A stretch of 56,060 bases of DNA from contig JBAYUN010000005.1 of assembly GCA_041675085.1 (NCBI GenBank), forward strand, positions 1-56,060. The letters are read 5' to 3'. This document shows, piece by piece, positions 24,876 through 34,326 of the stretch (position 1 is its first letter; each line of letters opens with the position of its first letter). The notes beneath the pieces were generated by a model. It worked only from the letters and a program-made list of their open reading frames with translations. It had not been told where the DNA came from and searched no databases. The position numbers were made by a program, and so were the translations under genes. Source of the stretch: Minisyncoccota bacterium. Its GTDB lineage: Bacteria > Patescibacteriota > Minisyncoccia > Phycocordibacterales > UBA9973.

Positions 24876-25373
24876 TTATTTTTTAAAACTCTCGTCGAAA
24901 TACAATTCGTGGCAAGTATATCCTCCTTGATTTTTGACTAAATAATCTTGATGATAATCTTCGGCATCATAAAATTTTTTAAATTCTTCTAAAGTAGTCG
25001 CGACAGGATCTATCCATTTCCCGCTCTTATTTACTACGTCTATCATATTTTCTGCGTCAGTTTTTTCTTCTTGATTTTGATAGAAAATAACCGAACGATA
25101 CGAAGTCCCTACGTCGTTACCTTGCCTGTTCTTTGTGGTTGGATTATGAACTCTAAAAAAGTAATCTAGTATTTGAGAATAAGAAATTATACTTTCATCA
25201 AAAGTTATTTTTAAAGCTTCAGCGTTACCTTCGTGATTCTGGTATGTCGGATTCTCTACCTCTCCTCCAGAATACCCGATTTCTGTATCGACGACGCCAG
25301 TCAAAGTCCGGAACATCTCTTCAAGTCCCCAAAAGCAACCTCCGCCTAGATATATAGTTCGTAATTTTTGCAT
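24876..25373 (-). CDS. msrA: peptide-methionine (S)-S-oxide reductase
   Basis: GGGCFWG active-site block and GYSGG. Confidence 0.9.
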   Translation of the reverse strand: MQKLRTIYLGGGCFWGLEEMFRTLTGVVDTEIGYSGGEVENPTYQNHEGNAEALKITFDESIISYSQILDYFFRVHNPTTKNRQGNDVGTSYRSVIFYQNQEEKTDAENMIDVVNKSGKWIDPVATTLEEFKKFYDAEDYHQDYLVKNQGGYTCHELYFDESFKK

Positions 25374-25384
25374 TTATTGATTAT

Positions 25385-26062
25385 TTATCTAGCAACAACA
25401 TCAACAGACAAATCTACTGTCTTGTCGATATTAGCTAAGAAAGGAAAATCAGGAATAGTTACTCCAAAATCTGCATAAGTTAAAACAGTTTTTACAGACA
25501 ATGCTAGAGTATTGTCTGCTGACAACAAAGCTGTACCTTCTAGGATTATAGATTTTGTAACTCCTTTGATAGTGATATTTCCAGAAATCTTTACGTCTGA
25601 AGTACTACCTACTACTAAATCACCTTGAATATTTACAGGCACAAAAGTAATAGAAGCATTGCCTTGCTTGTCTGATTCTAGGACTAGTTTCTTTACGTTT
25701 TCATCACGAGCAGGAATATCGGTAGCGAAAGAATTTGCATCAATCTCTATCTTACCTGTTAGGATTTTGTTGTTTGTTTTATTGATAGTGATAAATCCAG
25801 TGATAGCATTTGTGTTACCAGTAACCAAAGTCGGAACTCCACGCAAGTCTTCATTAATCTTATAAGTAGCTTTTGATTCTGCACCAACAACAGTTAAATT
25901 CTTTTGATTTGGATTTGTATTTTCTTCAGTAGTCAAAGTATTATTCGCTACATCATTTTCCACAACTGGAACTTCTGCAACTTTTTGAGTACTAGAATAA
26001 TAAATTCCTCCCGCTACTAACAATAAAACTAAAACTCCACCAACAATAACGTTATTTTTCAT
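25385..26062 (-). CDS. YceI-like family protein, membrane-anchored
   Basis: N-terminal TM helix; IDANSFATDIPARDENVKK and ISGNITIKGVTKSI blocks. Confidence 0.6.
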   Translation of the reverse strand: MKNNVIVGGVLVLLLVAGGIYYSSTQKVAEVPVVENDVANNTLTTEENTNPNQKNLTVVGAESKATYKINEDLRGVPTLVTGNTNAITGFITINKTNNKILTGKIEIDANSFATDIPARDENVKKLVLESDKQGNASITFVPVNIQGDLVVGSTSDVKISGNITIKGVTKSIILEGTALLSADNTLALSVKTVLTYADFGVTIPDFPFLANIDKTVDLSVDVVAR

Positions 26063-26231
26063 ATATTTTATAATTAATTAATTTTAATATTGTTCTAATA
26101 TCTATAGAACTGAACTAATATCATACCATAAATCTACAACTCAAACTATAACGTATTTCGATATAATTGACAAAAAGTTTAAATATGTTAAAGTATAATA
26201 GATAATTTGTACAAATCAATAAATTTTAAAA

Positions 26232-26402
26232 ATGATGAATCTGTTTAGTAATCAAACGAATGGCGAAATTAGTTTACCAATGATTGGTGTAATTGTTATA
26301 ATAACAATAGCTATAATAATAATCCTAGCTTTAGCACATTATTCAATCAAACTAAAAAAAGAAAACAACAATTTAAAAAACAAAAAAAAGGGAATCTTGT
26401 AA
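26232..26402 (+). CDS. small single-TM protein (56 aa, below the ORF-track cutoff)
   Basis: MMNLFSNQTNGEISLPMIGVIVIITIAIIIILALAHYSIKLKKENNNLKNKKKGIL, followed by a hairpin terminator. Confidence 0.35.
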   Translation: MMNLFSNQTNGEISLPMIGVIVIITIAIIIILALAHYSIKLKKENNNLKNKKKGIL

Positions 26403-26414
26403 TCCCAAAAATCA

Positions 26415-26455
26415 AAAGTCTCCCCTAGTACTACTAGCGGAGACTTTTTATTTTG
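26415..26455 (+). terminator. intrinsic terminator
   Basis: AGTCTCC...GGAGACT stem followed by TTTTTATTTT. Confidence 0.65.
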
Positions 26456-26493
26456 TAATTTTAATAAAAAAAATTATAACTTATATAATTAAA

Positions 26494-26931
26494 TTAATCT
26501 GCTTTTGTCCAAAGATTATTTAGTAAATCTAATCCCCTTTCATAGGGTATCATCCAAAGATATGTACTACTTGAAAATTGTCTTGCTTTTTTGGCAAAAT
26601 CATAAGACAAGTTTTTTGATTTCATGTATTTCATTTGCTCCAGAATTGCAACAATCTCTTCATTTAATCTAAATTTTTTTGAAAATAAATAAAATATATT
26701 CCATTTTAAAATTCCTAATTTTTCTTGACGATCTATATGCACCTTCTCATGAATCAAAATACTAAAATTTAAATCTTTTGGACTTTCGGATTGTAAGTCA
26801 ATAAAAATATCTTTAGGAAAATAAATATAAGGGTATATGGTCCGTGCCATATCAATACTCAAAAAAGGAAAATATTCCCACCAAAAAGGGATTTTTCTAA
26901 TAAACTTAAAATCAATATTTTTAGATTTCAC
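26494..26931 (-). CDS. hypothetical protein with an HExxH motif (possible small zinc metallopeptidase)
   Basis: LIHEKVHIDRQ preceded by ARTIYPYIYFPKDIF. Confidence 0.4.
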   Translation of the reverse strand: MKSKNIDFKFIRKIPFWWEYFPFLSIDMARTIYPYIYFPKDIFIDLQSESPKDLNFSILIHEKVHIDRQEKLGILKWNIFYLFSKKFRLNEEIVAILEQMKYMKSKNLSYDFAKKARQFSSSTYLWMIPYERGLDLLNNLWTKAD

Positions 26932-26935
26932 TGTT

Positions 26936-27730
26936 TTAATAATAAAGTTTTAGCTCGGCTTTATGCTCTTCATAGGTCTTATTGCAATGAATTTTTCTTT
27001 TTTTATCATGAAAATAAAACATACATTCCGTCTTCTCTGGATTGTAAGCTGCATAAATAGCGTCTTTACCTGGATTGGCTATCGGTGAAGGTGGTAATCC
27101 TTTGTTTAAATAAGTATTATATTCAGATTTTATTTTTTTATCCTCAGGAGAGACTTTGCCCCACCAGCCTTCCTCTTCGGTACCTTTAGCATACTGCAGA
27201 GTCGCATCTATCTGAAGCCTCATCCCCGCCCAAATACGATTCCAGATAATTCCTGAAATCAACGCCATATCATGCTTGCCAGCGGCTTCACGCTGAATCA
27301 GTGAAGCAATTTTCAGAGCCGTCTCTTCGTTCATTATCTGAACTCTCTTATTATTTTCGATTTTATCTATTTGCTTTTCATACTCTTGGAACATAAGCTC
27401 CCCGACTTCTTTGGGATTTTCGTCTTTGCCTATGAGGTAAGTCTTAGGAAAATAACGTCCTTCTTGATAATCCGTCTCAGGAATAATATTAATATTAAGA
27501 AACTCCTCTTTTTCTAAATCATTCCAGAAAAGTTTATCTCCTACTATTTCGGCTATTTGTTCTTTACGAAGGCCAGGCTCAACTCGAACTACTTTTACAG
27601 AAGGATTAGCTAAATCTAAATAAAAAGACAAACGAGTTAAAAGAGATTGATCAAACTTATAATAAAAAATTACAACTAACAATAAAATGATGACTGAAAA
27701 GAATAAGCCAAAAATGTATTTCTGTTTCAT
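26936..27730 (-). CDS. mltG: endolytic murein transglycosylase MltG (YceG-like)
   Basis: N-terminal TM helix; LQIDATLQYA and YNTYLNKGLPPSPIANPG blocks. Confidence 0.85.
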   Translation of the reverse strand: MKQKYIFGLFFSVIILLLVVIFYYKFDQSLLTRLSFYLDLANPSVKVVRVEPGLRKEQIAEIVGDKLFWNDLEKEEFLNINIIPETDYQEGRYFPKTYLIGKDENPKEVGELMFQEYEKQIDKIENNKRVQIMNEETALKIASLIQREAAGKHDMALISGIIWNRIWAGMRLQIDATLQYAKGTEEEGWWGKVSPEDKKIKSEYNTYLNKGLPPSPIANPGKDAIYAAYNPEKTECMFYFHDKKRKIHCNKTYEEHKAELKLYY

Positions 27731-27754
27731 CTGTATATCTTAACATAAAAACAA

Positions 27755-27790
27755 AAACCACTCTATTTAGATGAGTGGTTTTTGTTTTAG
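27755..27790 (-). terminator. intrinsic terminator
   Basis: CCACTC/GAGTGG stem flanked by A/T runs. Confidence 0.55.
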
Positions 27791-27960
27791 ATTATTTAGC
27801 TTTTACTTTTTTTGGTTTCTTTACTTCTTTTCTTTGACTATTGTTTCCTTTTGCCATAAATTTAAATTAAAATTTTATTTATGATTAATATTCGACTATT
27901 TCTATAAATATATAATATTATATTTAATAAATAATACAAGCTTAGAATATAATAAAAAGG

Positions 27961-28099
27961 TGTATAATAATAGTATTACAAATAAATGAAAATTTTATGA
28001 ATCCCGTTAAATATTTTAAATAGCGTGGTTACATAATATAATGTTATTAGGTCAATAATATTTAATAAAATTAAAAATTAATCAAAAATAATTAACGGG
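27961..28099 (+). promoter_or_regulatory. conserved uORF leader module, copy 2 (upstream of the 2-TM protein and pgl-gnd-zwf)
   Basis: TGTATAAT 27961-27968, uORF 27997-28023, a 76-nt spacer, then TTAACGGG 28092-28099 abutting the ATG at 28100. Confidence 0.55.
27997..28023 (+). CDS. 8-codon upstream ORF MNPVKYFK
   Basis: The 27 nt are identical to the copy at 15376-15350. Confidence 0.4.
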   Translation: MNPVKYFK

Positions 28100-28579
28100 A
28101 TGAAAAATAAATTAAAGATTGTAGGAATGACTAGCGGTATTATAGGATTTGCATTAGTGATAATCGGGATCTGGGCTATGGTTTTTACTTATAGTAACGT
28201 AAGTAGAGAAAATATAATTACTGGAGAGGATGCGTCTATTCCAAACACAAAAGTTGCCGGACCATTAACTCTAAAATCTCAAGCGGACATAATCCGTGAA
28301 CATACACTAAAAATCACACAAGGTAAGACTTATGCAGAAATGCCAAGACAAATACCAAAATTGGATACAGATGGCAAAGAAATTTTAAATGAAAAAGGAG
28401 AAGTAGTATTAGTCGATAACGTGGCTCGTAATACTTGGATAACTGCTACTACGCTCACCACATCTATAAATCTCGCTTTACTGGCATATGGATTATCTCT
28501 ACTAACTATTCTTTTTGGCATATTGTCTATTTCAAACGGCTATATTTTCTGTGAGTTATCTAAGAAAGAAAATAATTAA
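28100..28579 (+). CDS. two-TM membrane protein, function unknown
   Basis: TM helices at both ends with an extracytoplasmic middle (GPLTLKSQADIIREHTL). Confidence 0.55.
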   Translation: MKNKLKIVGMTSGIIGFALVIIGIWAMVFTYSNVSRENIITGEDASIPNTKVAGPLTLKSQADIIREHTLKITQGKTYAEMPRQIPKLDTDGKEILNEKGEVVLVDNVARNTWITATTLTTSINLALLAYGLSLLTILFGILSISNGYIFCELSKKENN

Positions 28580-28583
28580 TTTT

Positions 28584-29246
28584 ATGGAAATTAAAAATAC
28601 TATTGAGATAGAAAAAGTTGCAGAATTTATCTCAGGAAAAATTCTAAACAAGCTAGAAAATAATATCAAAGTCTTGTGGTTTGTTACCGGTGGATCAGGT
28701 ATCGAAGTAGCGTCGAAAGTTTCTCAAATCATCACAAAGAGACCTCATGCAAATCTTACGATAATGCTGACCGATGAAAGATATGGTGATGTTGACTCGG
28801 CTCAATCAAATTGGCATCAATTATTAGAATTAGGCTTTGTATTACCAGAAGCAAAATTGATACCAATATTAAATAATAAAAACAGAAAAGACACTACTAT
28901 AGAATTTCAAGAAAATTTAGAAAAATATTTAAATAGCACAGTCTATAAGATTGGTCTTTTTGGAGTTGGAGCTGATGGTCATACTGCAGGAATACTACCT
29001 GAGAGTGAAGCTACAAATTCTACAAACTTAGCTTATGAATATGATACTCCCCAATTTGAAAGAATCACAATGACGCCTAGAGCCATAAAGATGCTAGATG
29101 AAATAATCGTCTTTATGAAAGGTGAAGCAAAATGGATAGTGGTGAACGATTTATTAAATAAAGAAATCGATATTAAAAAACAACCAGCCCAGATATTAAA
29201 ACAAATTCCATTATTAACAATATTTACTGATTATCAAAATAAATAA
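28584..29246 (+). CDS. pgl: 6-phosphogluconolactonase
   Basis: GGSG, LTDERYG and FGVGADGHTAGILP blocks. ATG at 28584 (MEIKNT). Confidence 0.75.
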   Translation: MEIKNTIEIEKVAEFISGKILNKLENNIKVLWFVTGGSGIEVASKVSQIITKRPHANLTIMLTDERYGDVDSAQSNWHQLLELGFVLPEAKLIPILNNKNRKDTTIEFQENLEKYLNSTVYKIGLFGVGADGHTAGILPESEATNSTNLAYEYDTPQFERITMTPRAIKMLDEIIVFMKGEAKWIVVNDLLNKEIDIKKQPAQILKQIPLLTIFTDYQNK

Positions 29247-29256
29247 AAATAAATAT

Positions 29257-30159
29257 ATGAAAATAGCAATAATAGGTTTAGGGAAAATGGGAGGACAAAT
29301 AGCTCGGAAATTACATGAAGCAAATTTTACCGTCATAGCTCACAATAGTAGCGTTGAACCAATAGAAGAAATGAAAGCTTTAGGTATGGTTCCTGCTTAT
29401 ACTAAAGAAGAAGTTGCAAGTTCTTTTATGAGTGAGCAAGTCGTATTATGGCTTATGATACCTTCAGATATAGTAGATACAGAATTAGATCTTTGGCTAT
29501 CACTAGTTCCAAAAGGTAGCATTATTATAGATGGTGGTAATTCTGATTTTAGACTCACTCGGGAAAGAGCAAAGAAAGTTCTAAGTGCAGGCTCAATACT
29601 ATTAGATGTTGGTACTAGTGGAGGTATTTGGGGATATAAAAATGGTTTTGCTATGATGGCCGGAGGAGATAAAGATGCTTTTCTAAAAGTAGAAGAAGTT
29701 TTAAAGACCCTAGCACTTCCAGAAGGGGGATATCATCATTTTGGAGAAAGTGGTGGGGGCCATTACGTGAAGATGGTACACAACGCTATAGAATACGGAA
29801 TGATGCAAAGTCTAGCTGAAGGCTATCGTATGTTAAAAGAAGGACCATACAAAAATTTAGATTTAGCTAGTGCAGGAGAAGTCTGGCAACATCATAGTGT
29901 TATTACTTCTTGGCTAAATGAACTCTGTAGAGATGCCCTGAAAGAAAATCCAGAATTAAATGGGATAGATGGATTCGTGGCTGAATCGGGTGAAGCACGC
30001 TGGGCTTTAGAATCGGCTAAAGAATCAGGCATCCCTACCCCAGCGATACAATCTGCTTTTGATGTAAGACTAGCTTCTCAAAAAGGTGAAGTTAACTTTG
30101 CTACTAAATTACTAGCTGCAATGCGTAATGCTTTTGGTGGACACAAAATCAATAAATAA
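29257..30159 (+). CDS. gnd: 6-phosphogluconate dehydrogenase (decarboxylating), short ~300-aa form
   Basis: MKIAIIGLGKMGGQIA Rossmann start, GGNS and HYVKMVHNAIEYGMMQ blocks. Confidence 0.85.
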   Translation: MKIAIIGLGKMGGQIARKLHEANFTVIAHNSSVEPIEEMKALGMVPAYTKEEVASSFMSEQVVLWLMIPSDIVDTELDLWLSLVPKGSIIIDGGNSDFRLTRERAKKVLSAGSILLDVGTSGGIWGYKNGFAMMAGGDKDAFLKVEEVLKTLALPEGGYHHFGESGGGHYVKMVHNAIEYGMMQSLAEGYRMLKEGPYKNLDLASAGEVWQHHSVITSWLNELCRDALKENPELNGIDGFVAESGEARWALESAKESGIPTPAIQSAFDVRLASQKGEVNFATKLLAAMRNAFGGHKINK

Positions 30160-31338
30160 ATGAAACAAAATCCCCTAATCCTAATAATCTTTGGTGTATC
30201 CGGCGATCTCATTCGACGATATGTCTTGCCTGCGGTTATAGAATTGGATAATAAGAAAAAATTACCAAATAAATTTAAGGTTCTAGGTATCACTCGTAAA
30301 ATAAATTTAAATATTGAAGAAATATTAAATAAAGACATTCCAAAAAAATATAAAAAAAATCATGAAGAAATATATTCTATGGATGTAAATGATATCAAGT
30401 CATATCCTGGATTAAATCAAAAAATAGAAGATATAGAAAATAACTGGGGAGAGAAAGCGGAGATCATATTTTATCTTTCCCTACCACCTCAAATTTCTAC
30501 ACAAATACTAAAAAATTTAGGTCAAAATGATTTTCTTAAAAAAAGAAAAATAAAACTTCTGATTGAAAAACCTTTCGGCATAGATTTACAAAGTGCAAAA
30601 AAACAAATATCCTTCACTTTAAAATATTTCAAAGAAAGTCAGATATATCGAGTAGATCATTATCTTTTTAAGAAGATAGTTTCAAAAATTACTTCTTTTA
30701 CAGAAAAAAATCAGTTAAACAATAATACTATAGAAAGTATTGAAATAAATGCACTCGAAGAAATAGATATTGGAAAAAGAATTGATTTTTATGAAAAAGT
30801 AGGTGCAATAAAAGACATGATACAAAGTCACCTTTTAGAATTAACAGCTCTTGTTCTAAAAGATTCTAAAGATAGTAAAAATCTAAATCAAGCCCGATAC
30901 AATGCATTAAAAAATCTAGAATTAATAAAAGAAAACACCAAAAAAGGTCAGTATGAAGGATACATAAATAAAGACATAAATCCAAATAGTCAGACCGAAA
31001 CTTTGGCCTCAATAACTCTCAAATCGAAAAACAAAAATCTAAACAAAATAAATATTATTCTAAATACAGGTAAAGCCTTAGCTAAAAAAGAAACTTTCAT
31101 AAAAATAAAATACCAAAACAAAAAAGTATTTTTTATAAAAGAAAAAATAGACAAAAAACATAATTCTTATGAAGATGTGATATTAAATGCTATTAATTCC
31201 AAAAAAGATTATTTTGTTTCTCAGAAAGAAGTATTAGAAACATGGAGAATAATAGACCCAATCATAAAACCTTCAAGAAAACACAATAAAGATTTAATTA
31301 TTTACAAAAAAGATAGCAAATTAGAAGAGATATTGTAA
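30160..31338 (+). CDS. zwf: glucose-6-phosphate dehydrogenase homolog (short, divergent)
   Basis: IFGVSGDLIRRYVLPA, EKPFG and RVDHYLFK signature blocks. Only 392 aa; starts immediately after the gnd stop. Confidence 0.7.
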   Translation: MKQNPLILIIFGVSGDLIRRYVLPAVIELDNKKKLPNKFKVLGITRKINLNIEEILNKDIPKKYKKNHEEIYSMDVNDIKSYPGLNQKIEDIENNWGEKAEIIFYLSLPPQISTQILKNLGQNDFLKKRKIKLLIEKPFGIDLQSAKKQISFTLKYFKESQIYRVDHYLFKKIVSKITSFTEKNQLNNNTIESIEINALEEIDIGKRIDFYEKVGAIKDMIQSHLLELTALVLKDSKDSKNLNQARYNALKNLELIKENTKKGQYEGYINKDINPNSQTETLASITLKSKNKNLNKINIILNTGKALAKKETFIKIKYQNKKVFFIKEKIDKKHNSYEDVILNAINSKKDYFVSQKEVLETWRIIDPIIKPSRKHNKDLIIYKKDSKLEEIL

Positions 31339-31399
31339 TTATTTTTTTATTAAAACATAGTATAATTACTATATTAATAGGTAAGATAATTTCATATTT

Positions 31400-32620
31400 A
31401 TGCAAAACCCATTTCAAAATGCTATGTCTCAATTAGACAAGGTAGTAAGTATCAAGAACTTTAATACTGAATTCATATCGAGTTTAAGGCAACCAAATCG
31501 AGATATTAGGATATCTATCCCGGTATCTATGGACGACGGCTCTGTGCGTATTTTTGAAGGTTATAGAGTGCAATACAATGACGTCTTGGGACCATATAAA
31601 GGTGGAATTCGTTATCACGCTGAGACTGAGATAAATGAAGTTAAGGCTTTAGCTTTTTGGATGACTATCAAATGTGCCGTCGCTGGGATACCTATGGGCG
31701 GAGGTAAAGGAGGTATCACCGTGAGCCCAAAAGAATTATCTAAAAATGAACTCGAGAGACTTTCTCGAGGTTGGGTTCGTAGAATGTATGAAGTCATCGG
31801 ACCGCAAAAAGACGTCCCTGCTCCAGATGTGAATACTACCGGGGAAATCATGAATTGGATGAATGATGAATATCAAAAATTAAGTGGCGAGAAAACTTCT
31901 GCTACTTTTACAGGTAAACCTCTCACAGAAGGCGGTTCAGAAGGACGCGAGAGTGCTACGGGTTTGGGAGGATTTTATGTATTCAAAACTCTACAAGAGA
32001 AATTGAATCTACCCGAAAAATGCACTGTCGCTATTCAAGGATTTGGCAACGTAGGATCTTTTGCTATGAAAAGTTTTATCGAAGACGGCCATAAGGTTAT
32101 AGCTATTTCAGATTCTAAAGGCGGACTCTATAAACAAGAAGGTTTTACCCTAGAGGAAATAGAGAATCATAAAAAGACAAATGGTCGTCTTGCTGACTAC
32201 CCTACTGCACAAAATATTAGTAATGAAGAATTATTAGAATTAGAATGCGACGTACTTGTACCGGCTGCTTTCGAGAATCAGATCACTGACAAAAACGCTC
32301 ACAATATAAAAGCTAAAGTTGTTTTAGAATTAGCTAACGGTCCGACTACTCCAGAAGCAGATGAGATTCTGAATAGTAAAAATATTCCTGTGGTGCCCGA
32401 CGTGCTTGCGAACTCTGGCGGAGTGACAGTATCTTCTTTTGAATGGGAGCAGAACCTCAAAAATGAGCATTGGACCGAAATAGAAGTAAATGAAAAATTA
32501 AATAATATCCTAAAAGACTCTGCAAATAAAATATTTGATATTTCTGTTGAAAATAAAACCACCCTCAGAAACAGTGCCTTCATCTTAGCACTCCTAAGAA
32601 TACAAGAAAAAATTAAATAA
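31400..32620 (+). CDS. gdhA: glutamate dehydrogenase
   Basis: GPYKGGIRYH, KCAVAGIPMGGGKGG and GFGNVG blocks. Confidence 0.9.
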   Translation: MQNPFQNAMSQLDKVVSIKNFNTEFISSLRQPNRDIRISIPVSMDDGSVRIFEGYRVQYNDVLGPYKGGIRYHAETEINEVKALAFWMTIKCAVAGIPMGGGKGGITVSPKELSKNELERLSRGWVRRMYEVIGPQKDVPAPDVNTTGEIMNWMNDEYQKLSGEKTSATFTGKPLTEGGSEGRESATGLGGFYVFKTLQEKLNLPEKCTVAIQGFGNVGSFAMKSFIEDGHKVIAISDSKGGLYKQEGFTLEEIENHKKTNGRLADYPTAQNISNEELLELECDVLVPAAFENQITDKNAHNIKAKVVLELANGPTTPEADEILNSKNIPVVPDVLANSGGVTVSSFEWEQNLKNEHWTEIEVNEKLNNILKDSANKIFDISVENKTTLRNSAFILALLRIQEKIK

Positions 32621-32640
32621 AATAAATGTAATTAAAATTA

Positions 32641-32669
32641 AAAAACCCCTCAACAATGAGAGGTTTTTT
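32641..32669. terminator. hairpin terminator between convergent gdh and pyrG
   Basis: AAAAACCCCTC...GAGAGGTTTTTT. Confidence 0.6.
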
Positions 32670-32675
32670 AATTAT

Positions 32676-34322
32676 TTATTTCTTAATACAAGCCTTAATA
32701 AAAGCGTTGAATAGTGGATGAGGTTTTAATGGATGAGCTAGGAATTCTGGGTGGAATTGTGCTCCTAGGAAAAACGGATGCACTTCTTTTGGTAATTCTG
32801 CTATTTCCATCAAAATTCCGTCTTTAGATTTACCTGAGAAAACTAATCCTTTCTCTTCTAATTTTTCTATATACAAAGGAGAAACTTCGTATCTATGACG
32901 ATGACGCTCTAGGACTTCTTTGACTCCATAAGCAGATCTAGCGATGGTTCCCTCTTTCAACATGGCTTTATATTCTCCAAGTCTCATAGTCCCTCCATAA
33001 GAATTATTCTTAAGAATTTCTTTTTGAGATTCCATGATATCTATCACGATATTTTTAGAATGTGGATTCACTTCACGAGTATTGGCGTCTTTCAAGCCCA
33101 AGATATTACGAGCGTATTCGATAACTATCATTTGCATACCATAACAAAGTCCAAAATAAGGAATCTTGTTTTCGCGAGCGTATTTTACTACAGCTAATTT
33201 CCCTTCTACACCTCTAGCTCCAAAACCTCCCGGCACAAGTACACCATCATAATTCTTTAGTTCTTTTAATTTGGCAGGATTTTTCTCAAAGTCTACAGCC
33301 GATAACCAAGTCAGTATGGGCTTACGTCCTTCTTTGTATGCAGAATATTTCAAAGCTTCAATAACAGAAAGATATGAATCAGAAAGCACAAAGTCCCCTG
33401 TCTCAAAGTATTTACCTATCACAGCAATCTTTACTACTTCTTTTCCATTGTGAGCATGTTTAGCAAAGTTTTTCCATTTATTCCATAAAGCCGTAGAAGG
33501 TTTGGTATTTTTAATACCTAAAACTTCACAAATTTTTTCTGATAATTTTTCTTTTTCGAAATTTATAGGAATATCATAGATACTATCTACGTCTGGAGCA
33601 GATATTATCCTATCAGCTGGTACACTACAAGACCAAGCTATCTTCTCTTTTCTTTTCTCATCGAGAGACGTATCAGCACGAGCAATAAGAAAATCTGGAG
33701 AAATACCTGAACCGTTTAGCATGCGGACTGCGGTCTGAGTTGGTTTAGTTTTCATCTCACCTACCTTATTTGGAGTTGGTAAATACGAGACCATAACAAA
33801 AGCCACATCACTCATAGCTTGTATTTTCATCATACGAGCAGCTTCCAAGAAAATCATATTTTGATATTCTCCGACTGTTCCTCCTATCTCTATTATGACG
33901 ACGTCGGCGTGAGCGAGTTCTCCTGCATGCTTGATACGTCCGATAACTTCGAGCGGTATATGAGGTACAACTTCAACGCATTTACCTTTGTATTCTAGAT
34001 TACGTTCACGTTCGATAACACTTTGATAAACACGACCAGTAGTCATGTAATTAATACGAGTAAGTTTTGTTTCTAGAAATCTCTCGTAGTTACCCATATC
34101 TTGATCTGTCTCATCTCCATCAGAAAGGACAAAAACCTCACCATGTTCGGTAGGGTTCATTGTGCCGGCATCGACGTTAATATATGGATCAATTTTTAAA
34201 GCTGTGACATTAAGACCTCTGTTCTTGAGAGTGAGCCCAAGAGATGAAGCAGTGATACCTTTTCCTACTCCAGAAATAACTCCTCCTATAACAAAAATAT
34301 ATTTGCGACTCTCTTTTTTCAT
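32676..34322 (-). CDS. pyrG: CTP synthase
   Basis: KYIFVIGGVISGVGKG N-terminus and GLCYGMQ glutamine amidotransferase block. Confidence 0.95.
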   Translation of the reverse strand: MKKESRKYIFVIGGVISGVGKGITASSLGLTLKNRGLNVTALKIDPYINVDAGTMNPTEHGEVFVLSDGDETDQDMGNYERFLETKLTRINYMTTGRVYQSVIERERNLEYKGKCVEVVPHIPLEVIGRIKHAGELAHADVVIIEIGGTVGEYQNMIFLEAARMMKIQAMSDVAFVMVSYLPTPNKVGEMKTKPTQTAVRMLNGSGISPDFLIARADTSLDEKRKEKIAWSCSVPADRIISAPDVDSIYDIPINFEKEKLSEKICEVLGIKNTKPSTALWNKWKNFAKHAHNGKEVVKIAVIGKYFETGDFVLSDSYLSVIEALKYSAYKEGRKPILTWLSAVDFEKNPAKLKELKNYDGVLVPGGFGARGVEGKLAVVKYARENKIPYFGLCYGMQMIVIEYARNILGLKDANTREVNPHSKNIVIDIMESQKEILKNNSYGGTMRLGEYKAMLKEGTIARSAYGVKEVLERHRHRYEVSPLYIEKLEEKGLVFSGKSKDGILMEIAELPKEVHPFFLGAQFHPEFLAHPLKPHPLFNAFIKACIKK

Positions 34323-34326
34323 AAAT

